Assembly (NCBI GenBank): GCA_019119065.1
Contig: DWXU01000041.1
Span: forward strand, 660 to 64,659
From: Candidatus Microbacterium pullistercoris
Lineage (GTDB): Bacteria > Actinomycetota > Actinomycetes > Actinomycetales > Microbacteriaceae
Direction of reading: 5' to 3'
DNA: 64,000 nt
Below are positions 33,324 to 41,426 of this stretch, one piece after another (positions within the stretch are counted from its first letter, which is position 1; the number at the start of each line of letters is the position of its first letter). The position numbers and the translations under genes are program-made. Under the pieces are notes generated by a model. The model worked only from the letters and a program-made list of their open reading frames with translations. It was not told where the DNA came from and did not search any database.

Positions 33324-34316
33324 TCAGTGCGCGACGCCGCTGAGCGCCTGCGCGACATGCGCCGGTTCGGCGCCGGCGGCGCGCGCGAGCGCCGCCGCCG
33401 CGAGGACGCGTTCGACCGCGCGCGGCTCGGCGAGACCGCGCTCGGCGAGGAGGTCGACCGTGGCGAGCTCGGCCGCCGAGGTGCGACGATCCGCGACGAA
33501 CGCGCGGTCGGCGAGGATCCCCTCGACGACGCCGAGCTCGCTGAGCCCGGGAGTGCCGAGCCGGACCCCGATCGCACGGGCGCCGTCGGTCACGTCGGCG
33601 TCCTCGACCATCCGCATCGTTCGCTCGTCCGCTGCGCTGTAGATGCACGCGACGCGCGCGTGCCGGAACACGACGTCGAGCGCGGCCTCCTCGTCAGCAT
33701 GCACGCATGCCGCGGAGTGCGGAACCGGCGCGCCCACGCCCGTGGCAGAACCCATGAGCGCGAGCTGCGCAGGTGACAGGTCGACGACGAGCACGTCGAA
33801 GCCGGCAGGATCGCGCACGGCATCGAGGATCGGCACGGATCCGCCGCACGGCGCCGCGCGGACGCCCGCGGTCACGAGCATCGTGGCAGCGAGGTGCGCG
33901 ATCTCGTCGGTTCCGTCGGATCCGGCGACGAGCAGCCAGTCGGCGCTCTCGCCATCGGCTCGGACGACCTTGTCGCGGACGCGCCACGCGACCTCGACGT
34001 CTCCCCAGACGGCGATGTCGTTCTCGCGCGCCCAGGCGACGAGCGGGTGCGTGTCGTCGGCCGCGGCCGGCGCGATCACGACATCCGGCGCGAAGGAGGA
34101 GACCGCCCGCGCATCCTCGTCGAGCGTTGCGCCGACGACGTCCACGAGTTGTGCGAGCTCCGCGGGGGCATCCGGTGCCGCGACGAGCACCTCGCAGCCG
34201 AGTTCGGCGAGGGTGTCGACGACCGAGAACGCGGTCTGATCGAGGCCGACCACTACGACGCGCACACCCGTCCAGTCAGCCTGCCAGCTGGTGAGCGTGT
34301 CGAGCCGATCGCTCAT
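33324..34316 (-). CDS. murD: MurD-like Mur ligase homologue, truncated (330 aa) and lacking catalytic motifs; possible pseudogene or pseudoenzyme
   Basis: Sits in the murD slot, with its ATG overlapping the mraY stop (ATGA). Collinear with the MurD N-terminal and central domains (IAVWGDVEVAWRVRD, FDVLVVDLSPAQL). The P-loop reads VAGSDGTDEI and the ORF ends before the C-terminal domain. See findings. Confidence 0.6.
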   Translation of the reverse strand: MSDRLDTLTSWQADWTGVRVVVVGLDQTAFSVVDTLAELGCEVLVAAPDAPAELAQLVDVVGATLDEDARAVSSFAPDVVIAPAAADDTHPLVAWARENDIAVWGDVEVAWRVRDKVVRADGESADWLLVAGSDGTDEIAHLAATMLVTAGVRAAPCGGSVPILDAVRDPAGFDVLVVDLSPAQLALMGSATGVGAPVPHSAACVHADEEAALDVVFRHARVACIYSAADERTMRMVEDADVTDGARAIGVRLGTPGLSELGVVEGILADRAFVADRRTSAAELATVDLLAERGLAEPRAVERVLAAAALARAAGAEPAHVAQALSGVAH

Positions 34317-35425
34317 ACCCGAGAAAGCCATTCGACGTACAGCATTCCCACGCCCGTGGTGGCGAACAGGCCCGCGATGATCCAGAACCGCACGACGATG
34401 GTCGTCTCGGACCAGCCGCGGAACTCGAAGTGATGATGGAGTGGACTGTTGAGGAACAGTCGTTTGCCGCGGGTGAGCTTGAAGTACAGCCGCTGCAGGA
34501 TGACGGATCCGCTCGACATCACGAACAGGCCCGCAATGATCACGCCGAGGATCTCGGTGCGGGTGAGGATCGCCATCGCGGCGATCACGCCGCCGATCGC
34601 CATCGATCCGGTGTCGCCCATGAAGATCTTCGCCTTGGGGGCGTTCCACCAGAGGAAGCCGACGAGCGATCCGACGAACGAAGCGGACACGATCGCGAGA
34701 TCGAGCGGGTCGCGCACCTGGTAGCAGGCCGCGAGATTGTCCGGCGAGGTTCCGGCGCCGACGCACGCCTGGTTGAACTGCCAGAAGGCGATGATGCTGT
34801 ACGCGCCCACCACGAGGATCCCCGCGCCAGCGGCGAGGCCGTCGAGACCGTCGGAGAGGTTGACGGAGTTGCTGAAGCCCGTGCCGAGAAGCGAGAGCCA
34901 CGCGAGGTACAGCAGCCACCCGAACACCGGACCGAGCGCCGTGAACGTGAGCACGTCGATGTCTCGGATGAACGAGATGTTCGCCGTCGCGGGCGTCAGG
35001 TCGTACGCGTTCGGGAAGTTCAGCGCCGCGATGCCGAACGGCACCATCACGAGCACCTGGCCGACGATCTTCCGCCAGCCGCTGAGACCGCCGTAGTGCT
35101 GCATCTTGACCTTGAGGAAGTCGTCGATGAAGCCGACCGTGCCGAATCCGAGCATCGCCCAGATGACGAGCCAGCCCGACAGTGTCGGGGGGTTTCCTCC
35201 GGCGTAGGTGCCGGTGACGTATCCCACCGTCGTGCCGAGGATGAAGATGACGCCGCCCATCGTGAGCGTGCCGCGCTTCATCTCGTGCTTGGGTGCGTTG
35301 AAGCCCACACTGTCGGTGCGGATGACCTGACCCCACCCCCATTTCCGGAACAGCCGGAAGAAGACGGGGGTGAGCAGAAGAGTGAATGCGAGCGAGATCG
35401 CCGCGGCTGCCAGAAGTGATCTCAC
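34313..35425 (-). CDS. mraY: phospho-N-acetylmuramoyl-pentapeptide transferase
   Basis: DDFLKV, NSVNLSDGLDGLA and GDTGSMAIGG motifs. The GTG start overlaps the murF stop (GTGA). Confidence 0.95.
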   Translation of the reverse strand: MRSLLAAAAISLAFTLLLTPVFFRLFRKWGWGQVIRTDSVGFNAPKHEMKRGTLTMGGVIFILGTTVGYVTGTYAGGNPPTLSGWLVIWAMLGFGTVGFIDDFLKVKMQHYGGLSGWRKIVGQVLVMVPFGIAALNFPNAYDLTPATANISFIRDIDVLTFTALGPVFGWLLYLAWLSLLGTGFSNSVNLSDGLDGLAAGAGILVVGAYSIIAFWQFNQACVGAGTSPDNLAACYQVRDPLDLAIVSASFVGSLVGFLWWNAPKAKIFMGDTGSMAIGGVIAAMAILTRTEILGVIIAGLFVMSSGSVILQRLYFKLTRGKRLFLNSPLHHHFEFRGWSETTIVVRFWIIAGLFATTGVGMLYVEWLSRV

Positions 35426-36831
35426 GTGAACAAGTCTCCCAGACGATCGCCGAGATGCCGGAGCCCGGCGGCGTTCGAGGACTTCACGAGCACCCGGTCG
35501 CCGTCGCGCAGTTCGCCCGCGAGGTAGTCGTACGCCTCGTCGGCGGTCTCGAAGAAGACGGCCTCGTCATTCCAGCTGCCCTCGGCGACGGCAGACAGGA
35601 ACAGCGGGCGTGCCTCGGCGCCGACGACGACGATCCGGGGGATGCGCAGGCGTACCGCGAGCAGACCGATCCGGCCGTGTTCCTCGACGTCCCGCTCCCC
35701 CAGCTCGCTCATCGCGCCAAGCACCGCGACCATGCGCTCGTCCGGTCCGGTGATCTGCGCGAGGGTGCGCAGCGCGGCCTGCATGGCGTCGGGGCTCGCG
35801 TTGTACGCGTCGTTGATGATCGTGACCCGCTCGGATCCCATCACCTGCATGCGCCACCGTTCGGCCATCTCGACCGCCTCGAGGCGGCGGACCGCGTCGC
35901 GCGCGTCGACACCGAGGGCGAGCGCGGCGCCGAGTGCGGCCTGCGCGTTCTTCACGTGGTGCGCGCCGAGGACCTGCAGGTGCATCGGTATCCGATCGCC
36001 GTCGACGTCGAGCACGACATCGGTTCCCGACGCGCTCACCGACACGTCGAGCGCGTGGACATGGGCGCGGTCCGAATCTCCGAACCACCGCACTTCGATT
36101 CCGAGGTCGCCGGCGGCGTCCGCCATCGCGGCCACCCGCGGGTCGTCGACGTTGAGGACGGCGACGCCACCGGGCCGGAGCTGTTCGACGAGTTCCCGCT
36201 TCGCGAGCGCGGTCTGATCGATGCCGCCGAAGCCGCCGGCGTGTGAGAGGCCGACCATGAGGACGACGCCGACGTCGGGCGTCACGAGCCCGGCCAAGTG
36301 TGCGATCTGCCCGCCCGCGTCCGCGCCGAACTCGCAGATGAGGAACTTCGTGTCGTCGGTGACGCGCAACATCGTGAGTGGTGCGCCCACCGCGTTGTTG
36401 AACGACGCGACCGGCGCGACTGTCTCGCCCTCCGGCTCGAGGATCGCGCGGAGCATGTTCTTCGTCGTCGTCTTGCCGTTGGATCCGGTGATGCCGACGA
36501 TGCGCAGCCGCCCATGCGCGCGGACGCGCCCCACGACGTCGCGCGCGAGATCCGCCAGCGCCGCTGTGGCATCCGGCACGACGATCTGCGGGATCGCCGC
36601 GTCGACACGTCGTTCGACGATCGCCAGGTGCGCACCGCCGCGAACCGCGTCGCCGACGAAGTCGTGACCGTCGGCGTGCTCGCCGGGCCGTGCGACGAAG
36701 ATTCCGCCCTCGATGATGTTGCGCGAATCCGTGTCGACAGGACCCGAGACGGTGAGTGCCGCGTCCGTACTGTCGGAGAGCACCTCGCCGCCTGTTGCGG
36801 AGGCGATGTCGGCGAGTGTGAGAGCGATCAT
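35422..36831 (-). CDS. murF: UDP-N-acetylmuramoyl-tripeptide--D-alanyl-D-alanine ligase
   Basis: DTDSRNIIEGGIFVARPGEHADGHDF, ITGSNGKTTTKNML, FNNAVGAPLTML and NDAYNASPDAM are MurF-type signatures. ATG at 36831. Confidence 0.9.
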   Translation of the reverse strand: MIALTLADIASATGGEVLSDSTDAALTVSGPVDTDSRNIIEGGIFVARPGEHADGHDFVGDAVRGGAHLAIVERRVDAAIPQIVVPDATAALADLARDVVGRVRAHGRLRIVGITGSNGKTTTKNMLRAILEPEGETVAPVASFNNAVGAPLTMLRVTDDTKFLICEFGADAGGQIAHLAGLVTPDVGVVLMVGLSHAGGFGGIDQTALAKRELVEQLRPGGVAVLNVDDPRVAAMADAAGDLGIEVRWFGDSDRAHVHALDVSVSASGTDVVLDVDGDRIPMHLQVLGAHHVKNAQAALGAALALGVDARDAVRRLEAVEMAERWRMQVMGSERVTIINDAYNASPDAMQAALRTLAQITGPDERMVAVLGAMSELGERDVEEHGRIGLLAVRLRIPRIVVVGAEARPLFLSAVAEGSWNDEAVFFETADEAYDYLAGELRDGDRVLVKSSNAAGLRHLGDRLGDLFT

Positions 36832-36862
36832 GCGTTTTTCTGAGTCCTTCGCGCGGCGCGCG

Positions 36863-38656
36863 TCATTCCACGAACTTGGGCAACGGGTCGTACTGCTCCT
36901 CGGACGGCTGCACACGGTAGGTCTTGAGCACCTGCGTCATCGCCTTCTGGAAGGCCGGGGCCGTCGCCGCGGACGACGTTACTCTACGCGGCTCGTCGAG
37001 TCTGACCATCACCACATATTTCGGATCGTCGGCGGGCGCGACGCCGACCATGCTCGTGGTGTAGACGCCCGCCTTGTAGCGGCCGTTGCCGTCCGCCTTC
37101 TGCGAGGTTCCGGTCTTGATCGCGAGGCGGTATCCCGGCACGTCGATCTGGTCGGCGAGATAGCCCTGGTTCGCGACGTCTTCGAGCATGCGCACCGTCT
37201 GGTCGGCCGCGTCCTCGCTGATGACGCGTGCCTCGTCCGGCAGGTCCGGCTTGGTTGTGCCACCGTCGGTGTCGGTGCAGCCGTCGACGATGTGGAGCGG
37301 CGTGCGTACGCCGCCGTTCGCGAGGGTCTGAAACGCGCTGACGACCTGCGGCATCGTGACGGTGAATCCGTGGCCGAACGTCGTCGCGTAGTGCGTCTGG
37401 TTGTCCCACTGATCGGCGGGGTGGAGCACACCGCTCGGCTCCCCGGCGAAGTTGATCGACGTCTTCTGGCCGATGCCGAACTTCTGGAGGTAGTCGTGCC
37501 GCGTCTCGTCCGAGACCAGCGCGCCCAGCTTGGACAGCGCCACGTTCGATGAGTCGATGAGGGCACCCGCAACGGTGTAGCGGTATTCCTCGTGGTCGAA
37601 GCTGTCGCCGACGGCCGCGCCATTCGGGAACTGCTCGTAGCCGGACGCGCGCACTTCGGTCAGCGGCGTCACGGCCCCCTGATCGAGGAGGGTGGCGGCC
37701 GTGATGGCCTTGAAGGTGGATCCGGGTTCGTACGACATCGTCAGCACGTTCGCGCCGCGGTCGTCCTTGTCGGCGGCGCCCGGCTCGTTCGGGTCGAGGG
37801 TCGGATAGTCGACGGCCGACTTGACCTCGCCGGTCTCCACGTCGACGACCATGATGGATCCGGCCTTCGCCTTCTGCGCCTCGACCTCTTCCTTGAGCAT
37901 CTGCAGCAGATACCAGCTGAGGTCGGTGTCGATCGTGAGCTGCAGCGTACCGCCGTCGACGGCGGGCGTCTCCGTGACCGTTCCCGGCAGGCGCGCGCCG
38001 CCGTCACCTGAGCGCTGGTAGGAGATCTCCCCGTCAGACGACTCGAGGCACGCGTTCGACATCATCTCGTAACCGGCGAGCGGAGTGTCATCCGAGCTCG
38101 TGAAGCCCACGAGATTGCCGCCGACAGCGCCGTTCGGATAGCTGCGGGACTTCTGCGGCTCCAGGATCAGCATCGGAGCATCGACCTCGAGCAGCGCGCG
38201 GTACTGCTCCGTCGTCAGACCGCGCTTGAGGCGCGTGTACTCGACATCGGGATCGTTCTCGACCGCTTCGTCGACGACCTGCTCGACCTCAGCGCCCGTC
38301 ATCCCGATGACGTCCCCGATCCGCTCAGCGATGCGGCCCCACGTCTCGACGTACTTATTGGCTTCGTCGTCGATGCGATCGACGTCGCCGACGAGGCTCG
38401 GGTCGATCGCGGCGTCGTAGCTGATCGAACTGCTCGCGAGGACATCGCCATCGGCATCGACGATGGATCCGCGCACGCCAGGGAGGGCGGCGGAGCCCAC
38501 GAGGTTTCCGACGGCCAGGGAGTCCTCGATGTGGTCGTCGGCACGGACGACCTGGATGTCGAACAGCCGGACGGCGAACGCCACCAGCACGATCAGGACA
38601 ACGACGGCCGCGGTGCTCGTACGCCTCCTGGCGCTGCGGCTGACGCTCGCGTTCAT
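36863..38656 (-). CDS. ftsI: class B penicillin-binding protein (FtsI/PBP2-type transpeptidase)
   Basis: N-terminal TM helix and a dimerisation domain. SxxK (STFK), SxN (SSN) and KTG (KTGT) motifs. Confidence 0.9.
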   Translation of the reverse strand: MNASVSRSARRRTSTAAVVVLIVLVAFAVRLFDIQVVRADDHIEDSLAVGNLVGSAALPGVRGSIVDADGDVLASSSISYDAAIDPSLVGDVDRIDDEANKYVETWGRIAERIGDVIGMTGAEVEQVVDEAVENDPDVEYTRLKRGLTTEQYRALLEVDAPMLILEPQKSRSYPNGAVGGNLVGFTSSDDTPLAGYEMMSNACLESSDGEISYQRSGDGGARLPGTVTETPAVDGGTLQLTIDTDLSWYLLQMLKEEVEAQKAKAGSIMVVDVETGEVKSAVDYPTLDPNEPGAADKDDRGANVLTMSYEPGSTFKAITAATLLDQGAVTPLTEVRASGYEQFPNGAAVGDSFDHEEYRYTVAGALIDSSNVALSKLGALVSDETRHDYLQKFGIGQKTSINFAGEPSGVLHPADQWDNQTHYATTFGHGFTVTMPQVVSAFQTLANGGVRTPLHIVDGCTDTDGGTTKPDLPDEARVISEDAADQTVRMLEDVANQGYLADQIDVPGYRLAIKTGTSQKADGNGRYKAGVYTTSMVGVAPADDPKYVVMVRLDEPRRVTSSAATAPAFQKAMTQVLKTYRVQPSEEQYDPLPKFVE

Positions 38657-38681
38657 GAGGCTCCTCGGTGGGTCGTGGTGG

Positions 38682-39260
38682 TCAGTGCGTGTTCGGTGTC
38701 GGGAGGCCGCCCTCGAGCGGCGGCGCCTGCGTCACTGTGTCTGGGACGTCCGCGGATGGCGCCATATCGCCGATCGTCGCGTCCCGATCGGTCACGAGCG
38801 GCTCGTCGGCGATCAGGGCGTTGGCGGCGGCGTTGCCTCCCGCGACGTTCACCGTCGAGACGGACGACGCAGCTTCTCCCGCGCCGATGATGGAGGCATC
38901 GCTCAGACGCAGATAACTCGGCGTCGAGTCGATCACCATGCCGAGCGCCGCGGCGTTCGCCGCGAGATACTGCGGCGAACTCATACCCGTGACCTCATCG
39001 GCGAGCTCCTGTCGGTCGAGCGTCAGCTGCTGGTGCTCGTGCTGTACGCTCGCGAGCTCGTACGTGCTCTGCGCCGTGAGGATCGACAGGCCGAGCTGTG
39101 CGGCGACGATCACGCCTGCCCCGACGACGGCGGTCAGTGCGTACGCGAGCCGTGGACGGCGGCGCGGGGCAGAGCGATCGACGGCATGCAGTCGCGGCGC
39201 TCGATCGGCATGCGGCCGGAGTTCCTGGAGCGGTTCGAGCTCGACATCGACAAGACTCAT
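38682..39260 (-). CDS. hypothetical single-pass membrane protein in the ftsL position
   Basis: 192 aa with a basic N-terminus, one TM helix and a short coiled segment (YELASVQHEHQQLTLDRQELADEV). Lies between rsmH and ftsI. Its ATG shares one nt with the rsmH stop. Confidence 0.6.
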   Translation of the reverse strand: MSLVDVELEPLQELRPHADRAPRLHAVDRSAPRRRPRLAYALTAVVGAGVIVAAQLGLSILTAQSTYELASVQHEHQQLTLDRQELADEVTGMSSPQYLAANAAALGMVIDSTPSYLRLSDASIIGAGEAASSVSTVNVAGGNAAANALIADEPLVTDRDATIGDMAPSADVPDTVTQAPPLEGGLPTPNTH

Positions 39261-40201
39261 CAGTCCTCCCCCACCCTTTCGATCGCGCGCAGGCGCACCG
39301 GCTTCGCGCGCGGATTGCGTGCGATCTCCTCGTCGGACGCACGCTCGGCGCCGCGCGCGACGAGGCGGAACCGCGGCCGATGCTCCGGCAGCTCGACGGG
39401 GAGCCCTGCCGGTGCCGACGATTGCGTCGCCTCGTGGAAGAGCCGCTTGATGAACCTGTCCTCGAGGGACTGGTAGCTGAGCACGACGACCCGCCCACCC
39501 ACCGCGAGGGCCTTCAGCGCCGCGGGGATGGCGTCCTCGAGAGCGCGGAGCTCGTCGTTCACCTCAATGCGCAGCGCCTGGAACACGCGCTTGGCGGGAT
39601 GTCCGGCGTTCTTGAGCGCGGCGGGGGTCGCCCGCTGCAGGACATCCACGAGCTGCCCCGTGCGTTCGATCGATGCCTCGCGCCGCTCGGCGACGATGGC
39701 ACGGGCGTAGCGAGCGGCCAGCCGCTCCTCACCGTAGCGCTCGAAGATGCGTCGGAGCCCGGCTTCGTCGTACTCGCCGATCACGTCGCGCGCGGTGCGA
39801 TCGGCCGACTGGTCCATGCGCATGTCGAGGGGCGCGTCCTTCGCGTACGCGAACCCGCGGTCGGCCTCGTCGAGCTGCAGCGACGAGACGCCCAGGTCGT
39901 AGAGGATCGCGTCCGCGCGCGCTCCGGCGAGGGCGTCGAGGATGCCGTCGTACACCGTGTGCACGAACGTCGTGCGAGCCGCGTGCGCAGCAAGGCGTTC
40001 GCGAGCGATGCCGAGCGCCTGGGCGTCGCGATCGAGACCGACGAGCGAGGCGCTGGGAAAGCGCTCGAGCACGGCCTCCGCGTGGCCGCCCATGCCGAGG
40101 GTGCCGTCGACGTAGATGGCACCCTCGTGCTCGAGACCGGGGGCGAGCAGGTCGAGGCAGCGTTCGAGGAGTACCGGGGTGTGGATGTCACGGAGATTCA
40201 T
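39260..40201 (-). CDS. rsmH: 16S rRNA (cytosine1402-N4)-methyltransferase
   Basis: HTPVLLERCL, DGTLGMGGHAE, DLGVSSLQLDEADRGF and SYQSLEDR motifs. Start taken at ATG 40201; an upstream in-frame GTG at 40294 cannot be excluded. Confidence 0.9.
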   Translation of the reverse strand: MNLRDIHTPVLLERCLDLLAPGLEHEGAIYVDGTLGMGGHAEAVLERFPSASLVGLDRDAQALGIARERLAAHAARTTFVHTVYDGILDALAGARADAILYDLGVSSLQLDEADRGFAYAKDAPLDMRMDQSADRTARDVIGEYDEAGLRRIFERYGEERLAARYARAIVAERREASIERTGQLVDVLQRATPAALKNAGHPAKRVFQALRIEVNDELRALEDAIPAALKALAVGGRVVVLSYQSLEDRFIKRLFHEATQSSAPAGLPVELPEHRPRFRLVARGAERASDEEIARNPRAKPVRLRAIERVGED

Positions 40202-40304
40202 CGTGCGTCCGGTGGTGCGCTGCCGGAGGCTCTGATCCCCATCCGCGCGACCTGTCATCGGGGAAGTGACGACAGGGTCGCGGCTGGGAGTCACAGCCGC
40301 CGGG

Positions 40305-40736
40305 TCAGAACAGTCCCGGGATCACCTCCTCCTGCATTTCGGAGAAGGCGTCCTCGTTACCGGCGAGGTAGGCGTTCCAGGACTCGGCGTCCCAGATCTC
40401 CGCGTGGGCGCCGACGCCCGTCACCACGAGCTCGCGCCCGAGGCCCGCGTACTGGCGCAGGTGCTGCGGGAGCGTCACACGGTTCTGGCCATCGGGCGTC
40501 TCCGCCGACGCGCCCGAGAGGAACATGCGCATGAAGTCACGAGCCTGCTTGTTGCTCAGCGGCGCCTGTCGGATCCGCTCGTGCACCTGCTCGAACTCCG
40601 CGGTCGAGAAGACGTAGAGGCAACGCTCCTGTCCACGGGTGACGACGACGCCGCCCGCGAGCTCCTCACGGAACTTCGCAGGCAGGATGACGCGGCCCTT
40701 GTCGTCGAGCTTCGGTGTATACGTCCCGAGCAACAT
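40305..40736 (-). CDS. mraZ: transcriptional regulator MraZ
   Basis: [23 protein letters not shown] and [13 protein letters not shown] form two SpoVT/AbrB-like halves. Confidence 0.95.
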   Translation of the reverse strand: MLLGTYTPKLDDKGRVILPAKFREELAGGVVVTRGQERCLYVFSTAEFEQVHERIRQAPLSNKQARDFMRMFLSGASAETPDGQNRVTLPQHLRQYAGLGRELVVTGVGAHAEIWDAESWNAYLAGNEDAFSEMQEEVIPGLF

Positions 40737-40760
40737 CGCCACTCACCCCCTCTGCGAATT

Positions 40761-40790
40761 GCGCCCCACTTTACTCCACTTTGCCCCACA
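40761..40790 (-). promoter_or_regulatory. candidate MraZ operator: three 10-bp-phased GTGG(G/A)G direct repeats
   Basis: Plus strand reads gcgCCCCACt ttaCTCCACt ttgCCCCACa. On the coding strand this is TGTGGGGCAA AGTGGAGTAA AGTGGGGCGC, 25-54 nt upstream of the mraZ ATG. Confidence 0.5.
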
Positions 40791-40930
40791 TACCAGAGAT
40801 CAATCATTCTCTGGCCCGTTAGGGCACGCACAGCTGCCGCGAGATCACGGGGATCACGGCGCGTGGAGGAAGGTGGAGGAGGATAAGCAAGAGTCGGGCG
40901 CACGACGGCGTGTCGCGGCCGGGCACACAG

Positions 40931-40959
40931 AAAAACGCCGCTCCCTCAGGAGCGGCGTT
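40931..40959 (-). terminator. rho-independent terminator after the DUF3040 gene
   Basis: Minus strand reads AACGCCGCTCC-tgag-GGAGCGGCGTT followed by TTT, 19 nt past the stop at 40978. Confidence 0.65.
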
Positions 40960-40977
40960 CGTCAGAAGAGGAGGGCG

Positions 40978-41358
40978 TCAGCCGTGGTGGCGGCGGTCCC
41001 AACGGTCGTTCATCTTGTCCATGAAGGACACGTTCGAGGACGACGGCGACTGCGGAGTCGGGTCGGATTCGGCCGAACTGGCGGTGCCCTTGCCGGGCGC
41101 GACCGCGATGATCACGCCAGCGACCATGGCCGCGAAACCGATCACGCCGACCACGACCGCCGCGACGATCGCGGCGTTCCACAGGGCGATGCCCCCGATC
41201 ACGCCGCCGAGCCCGACGAGCACCAGCAACGTGCCGATCAGAAGGTTGCGGTAGCTGAACGAACGCGACGCCGAAGCGTGCACGACGTCAGCGTCGGTGT
41301 GCATGAGCTGGCGCTCCATCTCATCGAGAAGTCGCTGCTCCTGCTCGGAGAGTGGCAT
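40978..41358 (-). CDS. DUF3040 domain-containing membrane protein
   Basis: MPLSEQEQRLLDEMERQL followed by two TM helices. Conserved neighbour of the actinobacterial dcw cluster. Confidence 0.8.
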   Translation of the reverse strand: MPLSEQEQRLLDEMERQLMHTDADVVHASASRSFSYRNLLIGTLLVLVGLGGVIGGIALWNAAIVAAVVVGVIGFAAMVAGVIIAVAPGKGTASSAESDPTPQSPSSSNVSFMDKMNDRWDRRHHG

Positions 41359-41426
41359 GGTCTAACCCCCTCGGGTGAAAAGTCCTACTTCATTCTATCG
41401 TCCATCGGGCGACTTAGGCTAGGCGT

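Noticed and set aside
34317-35342. The upstream 342 codons of the 672-aa ORF 33324..35342, which would give a full-size MurD
   Set aside because: This stretch overlaps mraY in another frame and translates to an Arg/His/Gly-rich string. MurD-like similarity begins only at MSDRLDTL (ATG 34316), so the extension does not rescue a full-length MurD.
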